From the human T2T-CHM13v2.0 reference genome, Homo sapiens: 64,000 nt of DNA. A program made the translations under genes and the position numbers. The notes under the pieces were generated by a model. It made no database searches, had not been told where the DNA came from, and was given only the letters and a program-made list of their open reading frames with translations. The stretch lies in the NCBI RefSeq assembly GCF_009914755.1, contig NC_060927.1; one strand, given 5' to 3'. Numbering within the stretch: the first letter of the stretch is position 1; each line of letters opens with the position of its first letter. Below are positions 25,794-38,920 of the stretch, piece by piece.

Positions 25794-28700
25794 AATTATT
25801 TTTTTAACAATGGCAAATACTTATTTCAATTTACTGCCTTTTAATGTTACGTGATGCTTACAACAGCCCTATTGAGACAAAGAAAGGGCAGGGATAATTC
25901 ATTTTTCAGAGGAGGCAATTGAGTTACTCCATGAGGAAGAAGCTGAGCTGGAAGGAGAACCCCCATTTTCTAATTCCAAATCCCATGCTCATCCCTAAAT
26001 TCCCAATTGCATTTTCTCTTTTACATTCCTCTTCCTCTCAATCCTACATTGTTCTTGGTGACATTTTTTTTCCCTCTAAGACTTCCCTTGGGATTCACCT
26101 GAAGGCAAATGCTTGAGAGAGGAGTCCCAGAGTTGCCCCTGCTCCTTGCATCCCCAGGGGTCTCCTGGTCTAATCTAAGTCCTTTTAAGTCCCTGCCACC
26201 ATTCAGTTTCACGATAATATCAAATGAACCACATCCTACTAACCCAAGCCAAGGAAAATCGTCAAAACATTTCTTTCTGTTCTCGGGAGAAAGGACAGAT
26301 TAGATGCTGCATTCCAAGAAACCTTTTTTTAAGTGATGGTTTCTTTTAAACTCTTCTATTCTCAGCTACTGTGAGACACTGTGCCGTCTTTCAAGAGACA
26401 GAGCCCACATCAGAAAAACCTACTGTTTATAAACCAGAGTATCTCACTTGGGACTGTGGCTGACTGATGTTTTCCCCTCCTCAGTAAACGAGATCGTTCT
26501 CTCTGTGTTGAAGATAGCGGGGTCTGTCTGGCTTCTGGATGAATGGCATGCAGTGGACAAATGACTATTTATTGCATTAAACAGTCAGCCAGGAAACTAG
26601 CTGCAAGTGTGGCCTGATGACCTGAATCAATTTCTTCCTTGCAAGGCCATTTATTTTTCTCTCCCACATACTTCTGTTGCCATGGAAACTGTCCCACTAG
26701 CAGATGGAGACCAGGGCCAACTCTCACTTCCTGAACCTCCATTTAGTTTAGCGTTCTTGCCCAACTAGGCCAGATCGCCTGTGTCTTCACTTGCCTGACT
26801 GCATGGGCTTTCTTTGTGCTTGTTGAGATTTTAACGTCGATTCTCTTCAGGTGATTGGTAGCAGAGCACCGCGAGGGCAAAGGGCTAGGGATGGCCTCAC
26901 TTAATGAGTTAATCATTAAGTATGGGACATGTGTGAGCTTATTTTGTTTTTACATTTTGTAGGAAAACCTAGTCAGAGAGGCAACTCTTTTTACAAGTCA
27001 AAAAAGTAGAGAATAAGAAAGTATAGGGGGTGTGTATTTAGAAAAAATAGTTCCTCTGAAGTCCCCTAGCATTTTGAAGCTAGAAAAAAATGTGTTGAGA
27101 ATATCTAATTCAGGGTCTCTCAAACTTTTCTTCACAAGATGTAATTAATGACAACAACAAAGAACGCTCAGTGCATAATAAGTGTGTGCCAAGCCCTTTT
27201 CAGGCAGCATCCCGTTTAACCTCCTGGTAACCCTGCAAGGCAAGTTGCATTCTTGTTATCCCCATGACGCAGGTCATGGAACTCAACAAGCCTACTTGCC
27301 CAAGTACAGTGGAGGAAAGGGGAAAAACTGAGACTAAAACCCGGGACTAAAGCCTGGGTCTCCAAACCCGAAACAGTTGCTTGCTCTCTACCTCACTTCT
27401 TGCTTCTAACGTAGGCTGGCCTGTTAAAGGCTCGGGAGCCTCTACACATCCAGTGCCTGCCATTTGTATTTGATCAGGTAATTCTCTGTCCCACTCCCAA
27501 CCAGGAACCACTTCGTAACATCTCACCAAGTGAGGATCCTGCAGAACAGAATGTGGGCAACCCCAGTGCAAGCCAGTTCCTTATTTTTCAGAAGAGATGC
27601 TTTAGGCTGGGCAAGGAAATGACTCATCTCCAGTTACACAGCTAATAAATGCCAGAGTTGGCACCCAAAGGCCAGACCCCCGCATCACCGGCGAGTGCTC
27701 TGCTGTGCTCTGCTGTGCTACCTACATCACTATTCTAAATCAAACCCCGAGTTTGCAGACAGATTGCAGCTCCACTCTCCAAGCCAAGCATCAGAACTAA
27801 TCCCCTTGTAGAATGAGGGTTAAATCAGCCTCTCATTAGAAGAACAATAAAGCTGAAGTGTGCAGGGTGCTTTGCCACTTGGAAATGCTTCCACCTACCT
27901 CTCCGGTTTCCAGCCTTCTGAGTATATCTGAAATGGTCCAACAATGAAGCCTTATTCACAAGTTGTATATCTCCCAAAATAAACTTTGAATGACTCCAAT
28001 ATTAAGTGTGTAAGGATCACTGCATTTCAACTAGGAGAACTGAAGGTGTCAAGGGGAGGTGGAAATGAGCAAGGTTATATGCCAGTGGCTTTAGGGAGCA
28101 AAGTCCTACCTGTGAAAGAAAGCTCCCAGCTTAGGAGAATGAGTTAGCAGTGGGTGTTGTCTTAATTTTCACTTTTCACATGAATCTAGCATTGAATAGG
28201 CCTAAATATAAACCTGCTTCCCTCCACACTCCACATATGTGCAACATGACTCTCACTCCCTGAAGCTGTAAATATGTATTGAACAAAATGACAAAGTGTG
28301 TGGGGACATGGTGTACACAGCAGTCACCAAATAGAAGGCATGGAGTGAGGCATTATTGTGAGAAGATTTGGTGCTGAAGAGAAGTATTGTGAAGGACAGC
28401 TGTCTCTTTCCATACGTCTGAATTCTACCACTGGCAATGAGGATGGCTTCACAAGTTTCACTGCTTGTATTTTCCCTCTTAAATGCAAAGAGAGTAGACT
28501 AGTAGCATCCAAAGGACATGCTCACATTGCATACCCTACTCATCATGCCTTTCATACCTTTTTTACCTTGCACATTTTCTTCCTTCTGCTAGGCATCTCC
28601 TTTCCCTTTTCTGCCTGTCCATCTTGCACAGCCCAAATCCAAAGTCACCTCCTCTAAGAAGAAGTAGTCTGCTCTAATAAACTCATATTTCCCATATGAA

Positions 28701-30039
28701 TTTATTAACACCTTCCCCTGTGCTTCTAAAATCTGTGGCAAAATAAGAGCAGTTACCATGTCTAGTGCCTAATGTGGTCCTGCACGTTACTATATTATCT
28801 CGGTATCCACTTGGCAGATAAGGAAACTGAGGCTCAGTATGTCCAAGGCTAGGCAGCCAATAAGTTACTGAAAAGCTCGATTTGGAATCCAAGTCTCTCA
28901 GACTCCAAAATTCGTGCCTCTTTTACTACACAACATGCAGCTTCCTTTACCTCAGACTTGCCCCTTACAGGAGCAGGAGATGAATGTGTTTTTCTCTCCA
29001 TATCCCCCTAGCTAACAGTGAGTTCCACTAGGGCACACCTGAGTCTTATGTTGTATTCCTGTGTCTGGTACATAGTAGATGCTAAATAAATGGTATGTTT
29101 GTTGGATAAGAAGCTTATCCCTTTACATTACTAGTTGATTGAGCCCTGCTTCAGGTGAAATCATAATAAAGTACATCCCTGTACCAAGTCGTCCCCACCC
29201 CAACCCCAATGGAGAGTTGGGTAAGTTTCTCAGCCAGCAGATCCATATTACTAACCCACTTCTTCTCCAATGTTAATGTAATGCAGATCTCCTGGGAATT
29301 TTGTTAAAGTACAGATTCTGATTCAAACAGGCTGGAGTCGGGTCTAAGGGTCTGTATTTCTGGCAAGCCCCAGGTGACGCTTCTGGTTTGAAGATGCCAT
29401 TTGGGTTTAAACACCTCAGCAGCAGCAGCAAATGCACTTTTGGTACCTTTGGCTGGTAGCAAGTAATAAAACCTGTCTCATGCATTGTTCTCCTTCCAAA
29501 GGAGATTTTAAGTGCTCATGTGATTTTTCAGTGTTTTAGCAAAATATTTAAGTTATGCTTCAAGCTATAAACATTTGGCAAAATGCACATTTGTTTGTGC
29601 CTGTAGCTTTGGTTTAATCACACTCTATCAATAAATCACAAATAAATGAGGGAGAGGAGACACTCACTGAAGATTCCATTCCAGTGACAAGTGAGAGTGG
29701 GTGAGGGTGGGGGATGGAATAGATAGATGGTCACTCACAGCAGGGCGTTTCCAACCAGTCTTGCTGTTTTGAAACAGCACTGGAGGCTGGGAAAGAACCC
29801 CCATTGCATTCTTATTGGGAAGAGCCCCACCCTTCCACAATTGCCTACCCTCTGGCCCCATTCCATGTTCCTGTTTGGTCTTCTCAGTTCCCGGTAAACA
29901 GTTTGTGATGGCTTATTGATCTCAAGCCCTTTGAACCCCACACAGTCCCTTTGCCAGCACGCCAAGTCTTTTAGAGGTCAAGCATCTCCGGTCCAAGATG
30001 TTTGGAAGGAAAACACCCTCTTTTCTGTTCCTTTTCCAG

Positions 30040-30128
30040 ATGTCCCTGGGCCAGCTGCAGTCAGCAAGAGGTGTGGCATGTTTGGGATGCAAGGGGACGT
30101 GTTCGGGCTTCGAGCCACATTCATGGAG
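30040..30128 (+). CDS. LMCD1: LMCD1 coding exon 2 (89 nt, phase 0 to 2), start of the cysteine-rich domain: [29 protein letters not shown](R)
   Basis: Acceptor ttttctgttccttttccag|ATG and donor TGGAG|gtaaca. The split AG|G Arg codon joins exon 3 in frame. This frame is missing from the ORF track. Confidence 0.95.
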
Positions 30129-33109
30129 GTAACAGATTTTGTCAGGAGGGTCCCTGTCTGCCTTTGTTACTTGGCTGTCCTCTCGGGGAACCCTGGTTGC
30201 TTTCTTCGCTGAGACTGCTTTGGTTGTATGCGTTGTCAGGGAAGGATGGCTGCAGAGGGAAGGCACTCCTGCTTGGTCCAATTCAGAAACGAAAAAAGTC
30301 CTTGGGGGAGTGTGGCGGGGGCAGTAAAGATGTGAAGAAGGAGTTTAGCACTTCCTAAACCATTTCAAGGTAGAGTCCACCAAACCCAGCCCAGCAAGAA
30401 TTGCTCTGGGAAGACCCAAGCAGAGGTTAGCTGGTCCCTTGTGCCTTTGGGGTATGCCTCGGGGTTTGGTGGATGGGGTGATCTCCCCTCACTGCACCAA
30501 CTTCGCTGTGGATGGGTTTTGGTCTAGAGTGGCCCCTGGGACAGAAAGAGAGGTCATTCTGTCCACAGTACTTAAAAACCAGGACCTGGTATTCATATCT
30601 GCACAGGAGGACCATAAGATCCAGCTGGAGTTGGATTCGCAGAGGTTTTCTTTCTTTTTTTCCACTGAGGATTCTGAGGTTAAGAATGAGGCTGCCACAA
30701 TGCAGCGTCCCTGGGCAGCATTCATGTCAGCATCTATGTGGATGGCACCTCTGGAGTGTGCAGGGAACAGACTGTAAGTCTGTCCCTGCGGCCCTGGGAG
30801 AGGAAAGTTAAGTTCTGTGGAGCACATAGCAAAGAAAGAGTTTTTATCACCACTGCTGTAGCGTTGCCTTGAGCGCTCAGTGGGGGGACAAAGTTTGGAA
30901 GGTGTTTTCGCAGCAATACTGACTTCCATTATGAGATGGGAATTATAAAAATAACTACGTATGAACTGAATGAAATCTTTTTTATTTAAATGTTGAAATA
31001 AACCTAAGCAGTAGGTATTAGTATCTCTATTTTGTTGATCAGGACATTGAAGGTAGGCAATGGGGCAACAACTACCAGATGGCAGGATTTGAACTCAGAT
31101 CTGCATGAATCCCAATCCCATGCTCCTAATCGTTCTGCAGTACACAGGGCTATGAGCTTTCAGAGCAGAACACTGTTCCCTGACTCCATTCCCTGACAGT
31201 TCCCAACCTCAGAGGAGCTCGCACCGTCTTCTGGTTGCTAGGGACCTTCAAGGTCCTCCAACTCAGGCTTCTATCCCCTTCAAAAACTCCTTCTATAATT
31301 TAAACACTCCTAGGAGGAGTTCTCCACACTTACTATATTTTGGCCATTTGAGCTCTTTCTGGCCTGGAAAGAAAGTCAACTTCCTTATCATTTCAACCCC
31401 ACTGGTCCTGAATCTCAGGACAGCGTTGATTCCTCCTCAGCAATTTGAAGACAGCTAGGACATCTCCTTTTATATTTCTTGAGCCAGGGGAAAATGTTAT
31501 CTAAATGCACCCACCGAGTCAATTCAATCAGTTTTCCCTTCTCTCAAGGACCTCAATCCTGTGCTCCCTGCTGTCCAACATCTGAAAATGATCATTTGGT
31601 ATATTTTTTCTGGTTTTCCAGTTGTTCAGGAAGAGAGGACAATTCTGGACCCTATTTTTCATGGCAACAAGCAGAAGTCTCTTAGCATTGTTTTAATCCC
31701 TCCATTTTCTTGTCATCGTACAAATGATTTGAACATCAAGTGAATTTGTCTTTGAGAAATACAGATTGAAGCTTGCAGGTCCTGCATATCAAGTGTCATC
31801 CTTGGTTTGAAGAATCCAAATAGGGACTTAAATTAGACTCAAATTGAAGCAGTAACATCACAGAAGCTTAGGAGGGAAATCCTGTTAAACTTTTTTATGC
31901 TCCAGGTTTTAAACTCTCAATTGTTTGTAAGACATTTAAATGACCAAAGTGCCAACCAACATGGTTTAATAGGAAAGCCCTTCAACTAATCATCACAGGA
32001 CAGAATTCAGTCCCAGACTACCAATGACAGATTACAGAAATGGCTGTTTTAATACCGTTGAGGATATTTTGGGGTGTGCCTGTGTCCTCTATAATCTGGG
32101 CACCTGGAAAGAGTGGGGTGGGGTGAGAGGGGTGGATCACTCATGTATAAAGTCCTAGAAATGTGCCTGGCCACATGAAGAGTGTGAATAAAAGGAGAAA
32201 TTGTGTTGACACCATTTCAAGGAACATCTCAGATCTGTTAACTTTTTTTTGTTTTGAAATGTTTTGCATTCCCAGCCTCTCTAATTATCATCCTGAAATT
32301 CCACATTAACTGCAAAAGCTATGCGCAGCCTCCTCATCTAGTTCCATTTATGGAAAGTATTGGGGAGGTCAGAAGGTCAGATGGGACACTGAAGAGTCAG
32401 GTTCCTCCATGTCCCTCTATGCCAGGATTTCCTTCACTTTCTGCCTCTTCCTTCTCCTTCCACTTCCAGCCCTGCTGTTCTCACTCCCCTGATACTGCCT
32501 AGTGCCTGTCTTCTTAAAGAAGCAGGCTTCTCATGCCTGGCTCTGAAAATGGATAAGCAAGAGAATATTATTGATTGTGAATAAAATGCAAAACAAAACA
32601 ACCCATTTTTATTTTTATTTATTTAATTTTTTTTGAGAAGGAAAACCTTCTCATTTATTCCCTGCAGCACCCTGAGAGTCATTTTCTCCTTTTTGCTACT
32701 GGAACACATCCTTGAGATTGTCAATTTTAACATCTCTCAAATTGCAGCCCACTGAATGTGAACTTGTACTGCAAGCTTCTCCAGTAGCATTCAAAATGTC
32801 ATGCTGCACATCACCGTATCAAAGTCAAAGGAGTAGCTTTGCACTAAAGAGAGATGTTTAACCTCCCTTAACCCACTGTTTTCCAAACTCATGACCACTA
32901 AGCACCAAGCCTTTTTCTATGTACCACATACTAATCTCCTGGAGAACTGGCCCAGGCCAGTAGAACTACTCCCAGATTTTAGGCAACTCTCTTCTGCCCT
33001 GAATGTATTCTACTTTATATAATTTCCATCTGATTTTCTCTCCCTGTCCCATCCCAACTGTAAGCTCCTTAAAGGTCACAACAAGGCCTTCTTCTCTTCA
33101 TATTCAGTA

Positions 33110-33324
33110 AGGGGTTCCCAACCTCTCAGCACAATTGACATTTTGGGCCTCATAATTCTTTGTTGTTGGAGCTATTCTGTGGAATGTAGAATGTTTACAG
33201 CATCCCTGGCCTCTACCCACCAGACACCAATAGCACTCCTCTACCCCACTGGGACAATCGAAGATGTCTCCAGACATTGCTAATTCTGTCCTTTGGGACA
33301 GAATTGACCTTAGTTGAGAACCAC
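33110..33324. mobile_element. MER20 hAT-Charlie MITE
   Basis: gacattttgggcc..ataattctttgttg...gcatccctggcctctacccac...tgtctccagacattgc...gttgagaaccact. Confidence 0.88.
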
Positions 33325-33953
33325 TAATTTAGACCATCAGGGCTTGCCCCCACTAGCCCCACAATCAACGTTTGTGATATTCGATCAGACGTATTTACCT
33401 CCTGACTGTAGGAGGGAAAAGGAGGGTTCCCTCAGCCTTGCCGATCATTCAGCTGCAGTGACCTCCCTTGCTGGGCCTCCCTCATCCCTGCAGTTGGCCT
33501 TGACATTGCTCACTTTACTGTACAAGCTCTCAAGTTGCATGCAGAAGAGCATCTGAGACCCAGCACAGCCTGCCCATGGTGACAGGCCGGAAAGGGAGGG
33601 GAGCGATTTTCCTCTCACGCCGTGGAACTCTCTTGATTTCTAAACCTTAACAGCATGACACCAAGTAGCCACAGATTTTTGTTTTTAATTGTCAAAGAGA
33701 AGCATGAGGCTTTTTAGTAAATCTGAACCCTCCCCAGGATGTGTTTCCTTCTTCTGACAAAGCCTTCCCAATACACATCCATCTCCCCAGCCAGAGGGGT
33801 TTTCTGAGCTCTCTCCCTGCTGGGTCCTGTTCACAAATTTCTTGAAGAAAATATTCACTGCATTCTAACGGCAGTATTTATGCTAAAGAGTTTAAAAGTT
33901 GCTGAAGCTCTGAGGCTATGATCTTGGAAAACAATTTTAATAATTCTTTAGAG

Positions 33954-34165
33954 CAGGAGTTTGCAAACTTTTTTTGTAAAGGGCCAGAAAGTACATATTT
34001 TAGGCTTTGTAAGCCAGATACTCTCTGTTGTAACTACTAACTCTGCTGTTGTTGCCCCAGATCAACCACAGACAATATGTTAATGAGTGGTCATGGCTGT
34101 GTTCCAATAAAACTTTATTTACAAGAGCAGATTGTGGGCCAAGTTTAGGCTATGGGCCACACAGA
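33954..34165. mobile_element. MER58A hAT-Charlie MITE
   Basis: gcaaactttttttgtaaagggccag...ggctgtgttccaataaaactttatttaca. Confidence 0.85.
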
Positions 34166-34487
34166 CTCCAGCCCAGCTTTAGAGCATCTCTGATGAACAA
34201 ATCAGCCTTTGCCATGGCAACCACCAGGAGGGAAAACATACCACTCTTTTTACCAGCACAAGTTATATCCTACATTCCTCACTGATAGATTAATACAAAC
34301 ACTGTCATTTCCCAAATGCAGTTCCCAATTCCAAAGGCCTTTTTGTCTCAGGTTACCATTTGTCTGCTGCTAGTTTTTCCAACTTAAAGTTTTAGCTTGC
34401 TTTCAAAAGGGTAGATGCTGCTAGCAGGAGAATGTGCCTCTTTTTCCTGGAGGTTAATCTCACTGGTCCCCATCCACCCACCCCCAG

Positions 34488-34743
34488 GAAAATATGCAAG
34501 TCTTGCAAATGCAGCCAAGAGGACCACTGCCTAACATCTGACCTAGAAGACGATCGGAAAATTGGCCGCTTGCTGATGGACTCCAAGTATTCCACCCTCA
34601 CTGCTCGGGTGAAAGGCGGGGACGGCATCCGGATTTACAAGAGGAACCGGATGATCATGACCAACCCTATTGCTACTGGGAAAGATCCCACTTTTGACAC
34701 CATCACCTACGAGTGGGCTCCCCCTGGAGTCACCCAGAAACTG
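34488..34743 (+). CDS. LMCD1: LMCD1 coding exon 3 (256 nt), rest of the Cys-rich domain and start of the PET domain: [14 protein letters not shown]...[12 protein letters not shown]
   Basis: Acceptor cacccccag|G and donor CTG|gtaaga. Lies within ORF 34432..34815. YEWAPPG is the PET-domain start seen in testin/prickle proteins. Confidence 0.97.
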
Positions 34744-37094
34744 GTAAGAGAGCTTCCCCAACCAAGCAGTTGTTTTCCTATCCTCATAAATACTAGCCAT
34801 GTCAAGTGTTTCTGAATTTCAAACATGGGGTGGCAAGAGCTCAAGGTCACAAAAATGACAGGAGTGGCTGTGGTTTTAGCCCTGCCCTTATATCATGTGA
34901 TGTTGAAAAATGAAGACTATCTGGGCCTCGGTTTTCCTTATCCATGAAATGGGTAGAGGTGTTCATATGGACCCCAAGAGGCCTTGCAGCTCTAGTACAG
35001 GGGCATTTATTGTTCCATTTGGGCTCCTCACTTCTGAACAGGAGATAGTTTATCACTCAAAATTCTGAGTGCTTATCTCCATCTGCAAGATATTCATTTT
35101 CCCTTGAAGTAGCCTGGGATATGCCCTTTGCAAACCTGTAGGAGAGCAGAGAAACATTTCTCTCTTCTGCCTAAATGCTGAAACCTATTGGTCTTAGGAG
35201 GGAGAGCCAAACTGGTTTTATATAACCTTGAACAAAAGCAACCAGAGAAATCTCAAGTAAATGATCAGAGAAACCCTGAGGAGGGCAGAAAGGACACAGG
35301 TCCAGAGAGAGCAAGTGACTCACACAAGGTTACACCCTAGCTGCTCGCTGGAATCCCCGGGACCTGCAGAAGGTCTCCATACCCAGGTCTCATCCCAGAC
35401 CATTGAGTCAGAAGCTCCAGACTACAAAATCCAAATCATCAGATGTGACCATTTAAATGACTCCCCGTGCAGCCACCTTCAAGATCCAATGCACCAGATC
35501 AGGGCTCCTACAATCTCAACATGGGTAGATATCACCTGGGGAGCTCATCAGAATGCATCCAGCAAGTTTAGGGCCATCCTGAGATACCGCACGCCTGACA
35601 TACTCCCAGGTGATGTTGATGCTACTGGTCCCCAGAACCTTACATGTGGAGTAGCAAGAGGCTGGATGATTTCTATAAGTTAATACAATTTGTAGAAGGT
35701 TCAACAACTTTAAAAATGCAAGCATGGCATTTAATTGAATATCTGCTGGAAGAAAAGGAGTGCCTTTGGAGCCCTTCATGGCCCTATCCTTCAGGCTCCT
35801 CCATGGCTCCCATCACTGTGCTCTCACTCCCAACATCTCAACACCTTAAGACACTCTGACTTCCTCCTTCCAGTGCTAGAACACACCAAGCTCCTGCCCT
35901 CCTTGGGGCCTTCGCATGTCCTGCTCCTTTTCTGAAAGGTTCTTTCCTTGCTCTTCCCAAATAGTCCTTCTCCAGATATTCAGTTTACAATAGATGTCAC
36001 CTGCCATCCTATCACATTTTTTATTTCTTTTCGTTTCTTTAACAACTTTTATTGCAAACAGATTATCTTTTTTCTGTGCCTAGATATGAGGGCAGACACC
36101 TTCCTGTCCTGTAAACCGTAACATCCCTGCACCCAGGACGGTGCAGGGTGCAGGACAGGTGTGACGAGTGTTAGTGCAATGTCACCTTTTAGGCCAGAGA
36201 TGCTCTAAGTGTGGGCTGTGGACTGGAGCTCTTCCGCACAGTCTTTGTGACCTGGACCCAATGAAAAAAGTTGAGAAATTGAGAATATATGTTGGGAAAA
36301 TGTTACAGCAATTTGACATGCAACTGTGTGATGGGATGAGAACTCATATCAGAACAGAATTCCACTGTGGTAAGACTCACACTGAAATCTCATGGGGTAT
36401 GCGCTACATTCTAATCACATGAGAGAGACCACAAATCACTCTGCAATAAGTAAAAAACAAACAAACCTTGATCCTTCGCCATAGAGAGTTTCAGAGGCAC
36501 AGTTCTAAGCTGTTGCCTTAGGGGGGAAAATCCCTTCCAGATAAAATGAAAAGAGACTAAGATTTTTTTCTTAATCTGTACTTTTTGATAAAGAAGAGCA
36601 CATTTTAAAAGAACACTTCAGCATCCATGGACTCGATCACCCTGTAAGGCCGAGTTGTTTTACATGTAAGGAAACACAGAATGGTTAATTGGCTTTCAAA
36701 AGTTTTTAGTACTAGACAGGGGCTTGTCCCGGGCCACAGAGTGTGGCCACAGAACAACAGCAGAGCCAGGACATGCCCGGTAGTTCAGAGCTCAGGTCTC
36801 CCTCCAGCCCCAGGTCTGGGTAAGCTATCAAGCACGTCTCCAGGATGTCAGTGGAAACTAAAGCAAGCAGCTCATGAAAGAGCTGGCTGCGGGCTTCAGG
36901 GACCGGCTGGTGAAAACCCCAAACACATTGACCCCAGACTAATCAGGGGAAGCCATCGTCAGGCAGTGATTAATGCTGGCTCATAAAACCACATGGCTGT
37001 AAAGAACCCCTCTGTCTGCTCTTCATCTGGGCGTCCAGGGCAAGTCCCATTTCTGAGATTGGACAACTCCCCCTTCCCACTCACCTTCCCAACA

Positions 37095-37141
<47 letters not shown>

Positions 37142-37530
37142 GTACTTTAAGTTCTAGGGTACATGTGCACAACGTGCAGGTTTGTTACATATGTATACAT
37201 GTGCCATGTTGGTGTGCTGCACCCATTAACTCATCATTTACATTAGGTATTCTCCTAATGCTATCGTGCTGCACCCATTAACTCATCATTTACATTAGGT
37301 ATTCTCCTAATGCTATCCCTCCCCCAGGCCCCCACCCCACCACAGGCCCCAGTGTGTGATGTTCCCCATCCTGTGTCCAAGTGTTCTTATTGTTCAATGC
37401 AGCCATAAAAAAGGATGAGTTCATATCCTTTGTAGGGACATGGATGAAGCTGGAAACCATCATTCTGAGCAAATTATCGCAAGGACAGAAAACCAAACAC
37501 CGCATGTTCTCACTCATAGCTGGGAATTGA
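37095..37530 (-). mobile_element. 5'-truncated, 5'-inverted primate L1PA 3' fragment with a (TTA)n tail on the + strand
   Basis: 37095-37398 is the antisense L1PA 3' end (tactttaagttctagggtacatgtgcac...). 37397-37530 is a sense segment (atgcagccataaaaaaggatgagttca...gggaattga). Flanks ccaacattttt and ccaacttttt act as a TSD. Confidence 0.93.
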
Positions 37531-38524
37531 CCAACTTTTTTTTAATTACCGAATGATCAAGACTGATTATATTTTGGGAATGGGACCGAATTTTGCTATC
37601 TCTCATCCTTTGCAACCAGAATGAAAGTCTGAGCAATTCTTAAGCCTTCAAATGCTGATAACAATAAGCCTAATTGTGGATATTTGTTAAGTATTTACTG
37701 TATACTAGCCACCATACTAGGAGCTATCCATGCACAATCTCATCTAATTATCCAGCACTGTTAGAAGTATACTATCATTACCCTCAGCTACAAAGAAGGA
37801 AACTGAGGCTCAGAGAGATGATGCAACGATGCAGCTAGCCCAATGTCCCACAGCCGATGTAAGTGACAGAGCCAGGTCTTGAACTCAGGCCACCCTGACT
37901 CCAAAGTTTGGGCTCTTCCCTACCAATCCAGGCCAGGCCAGGCGAACTGGCAGGTGGGAGGGGAGGCAGGAAGGAGCAGATACCCTGGGTTAGCATTTTC
38001 AGGGAAGGCTATCATGAACAGGAAGCAGCTTGAGTGTGGCTTTGAAAGCTGCCAGGATTTGGGGGAAGGAAAGAGGGAGAAGACAAAGGAAACCAGCATC
38101 CACTGAGCATTTGTATGTGTATCTCATGAACACCTCACCGCGCCCTATGTGCTGAGTATGTTACAGGCTCATTTTACAGAGGAGCAGACAGAGGCCCGTG
38201 AGGAGCCAATGCAGGGGTGGCACTTACTCATACCTCGCCCTCTGCTTCCAGACCCATGGCAGGCATTACTTATCAGTCAGAGTACTGTTTCCCATTGACT
38301 TCTTATCGGCCCTCAGGATCCTTCTTCACACAGCACTCTCGGTCACCACTATGGACTGGGGTTGACTTGTCAGATGAAGCCCATTTACTGTTCTTGGCTG
38401 CCAGCAGAAGAATCAGGAAGAGAAGAATCAGAACAGGGTCTCCGGATTCCAGAGCCCATGTGTGTTTCACTGCCTAATCCAGGGTACAGGAGTGCCTTCC
38501 CTTCCACTTTGCTTTGCATTTTTA

Positions 38525-38920
<396 letters not shown>

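Noticed and set aside
29916-30929. Cluster of 100-146 aa ORFs on both strands around exon 2
   Set aside because: They are off-frame or antisense to the true exon, have no recognisable homology and are expected in locally GC-richer DNA.
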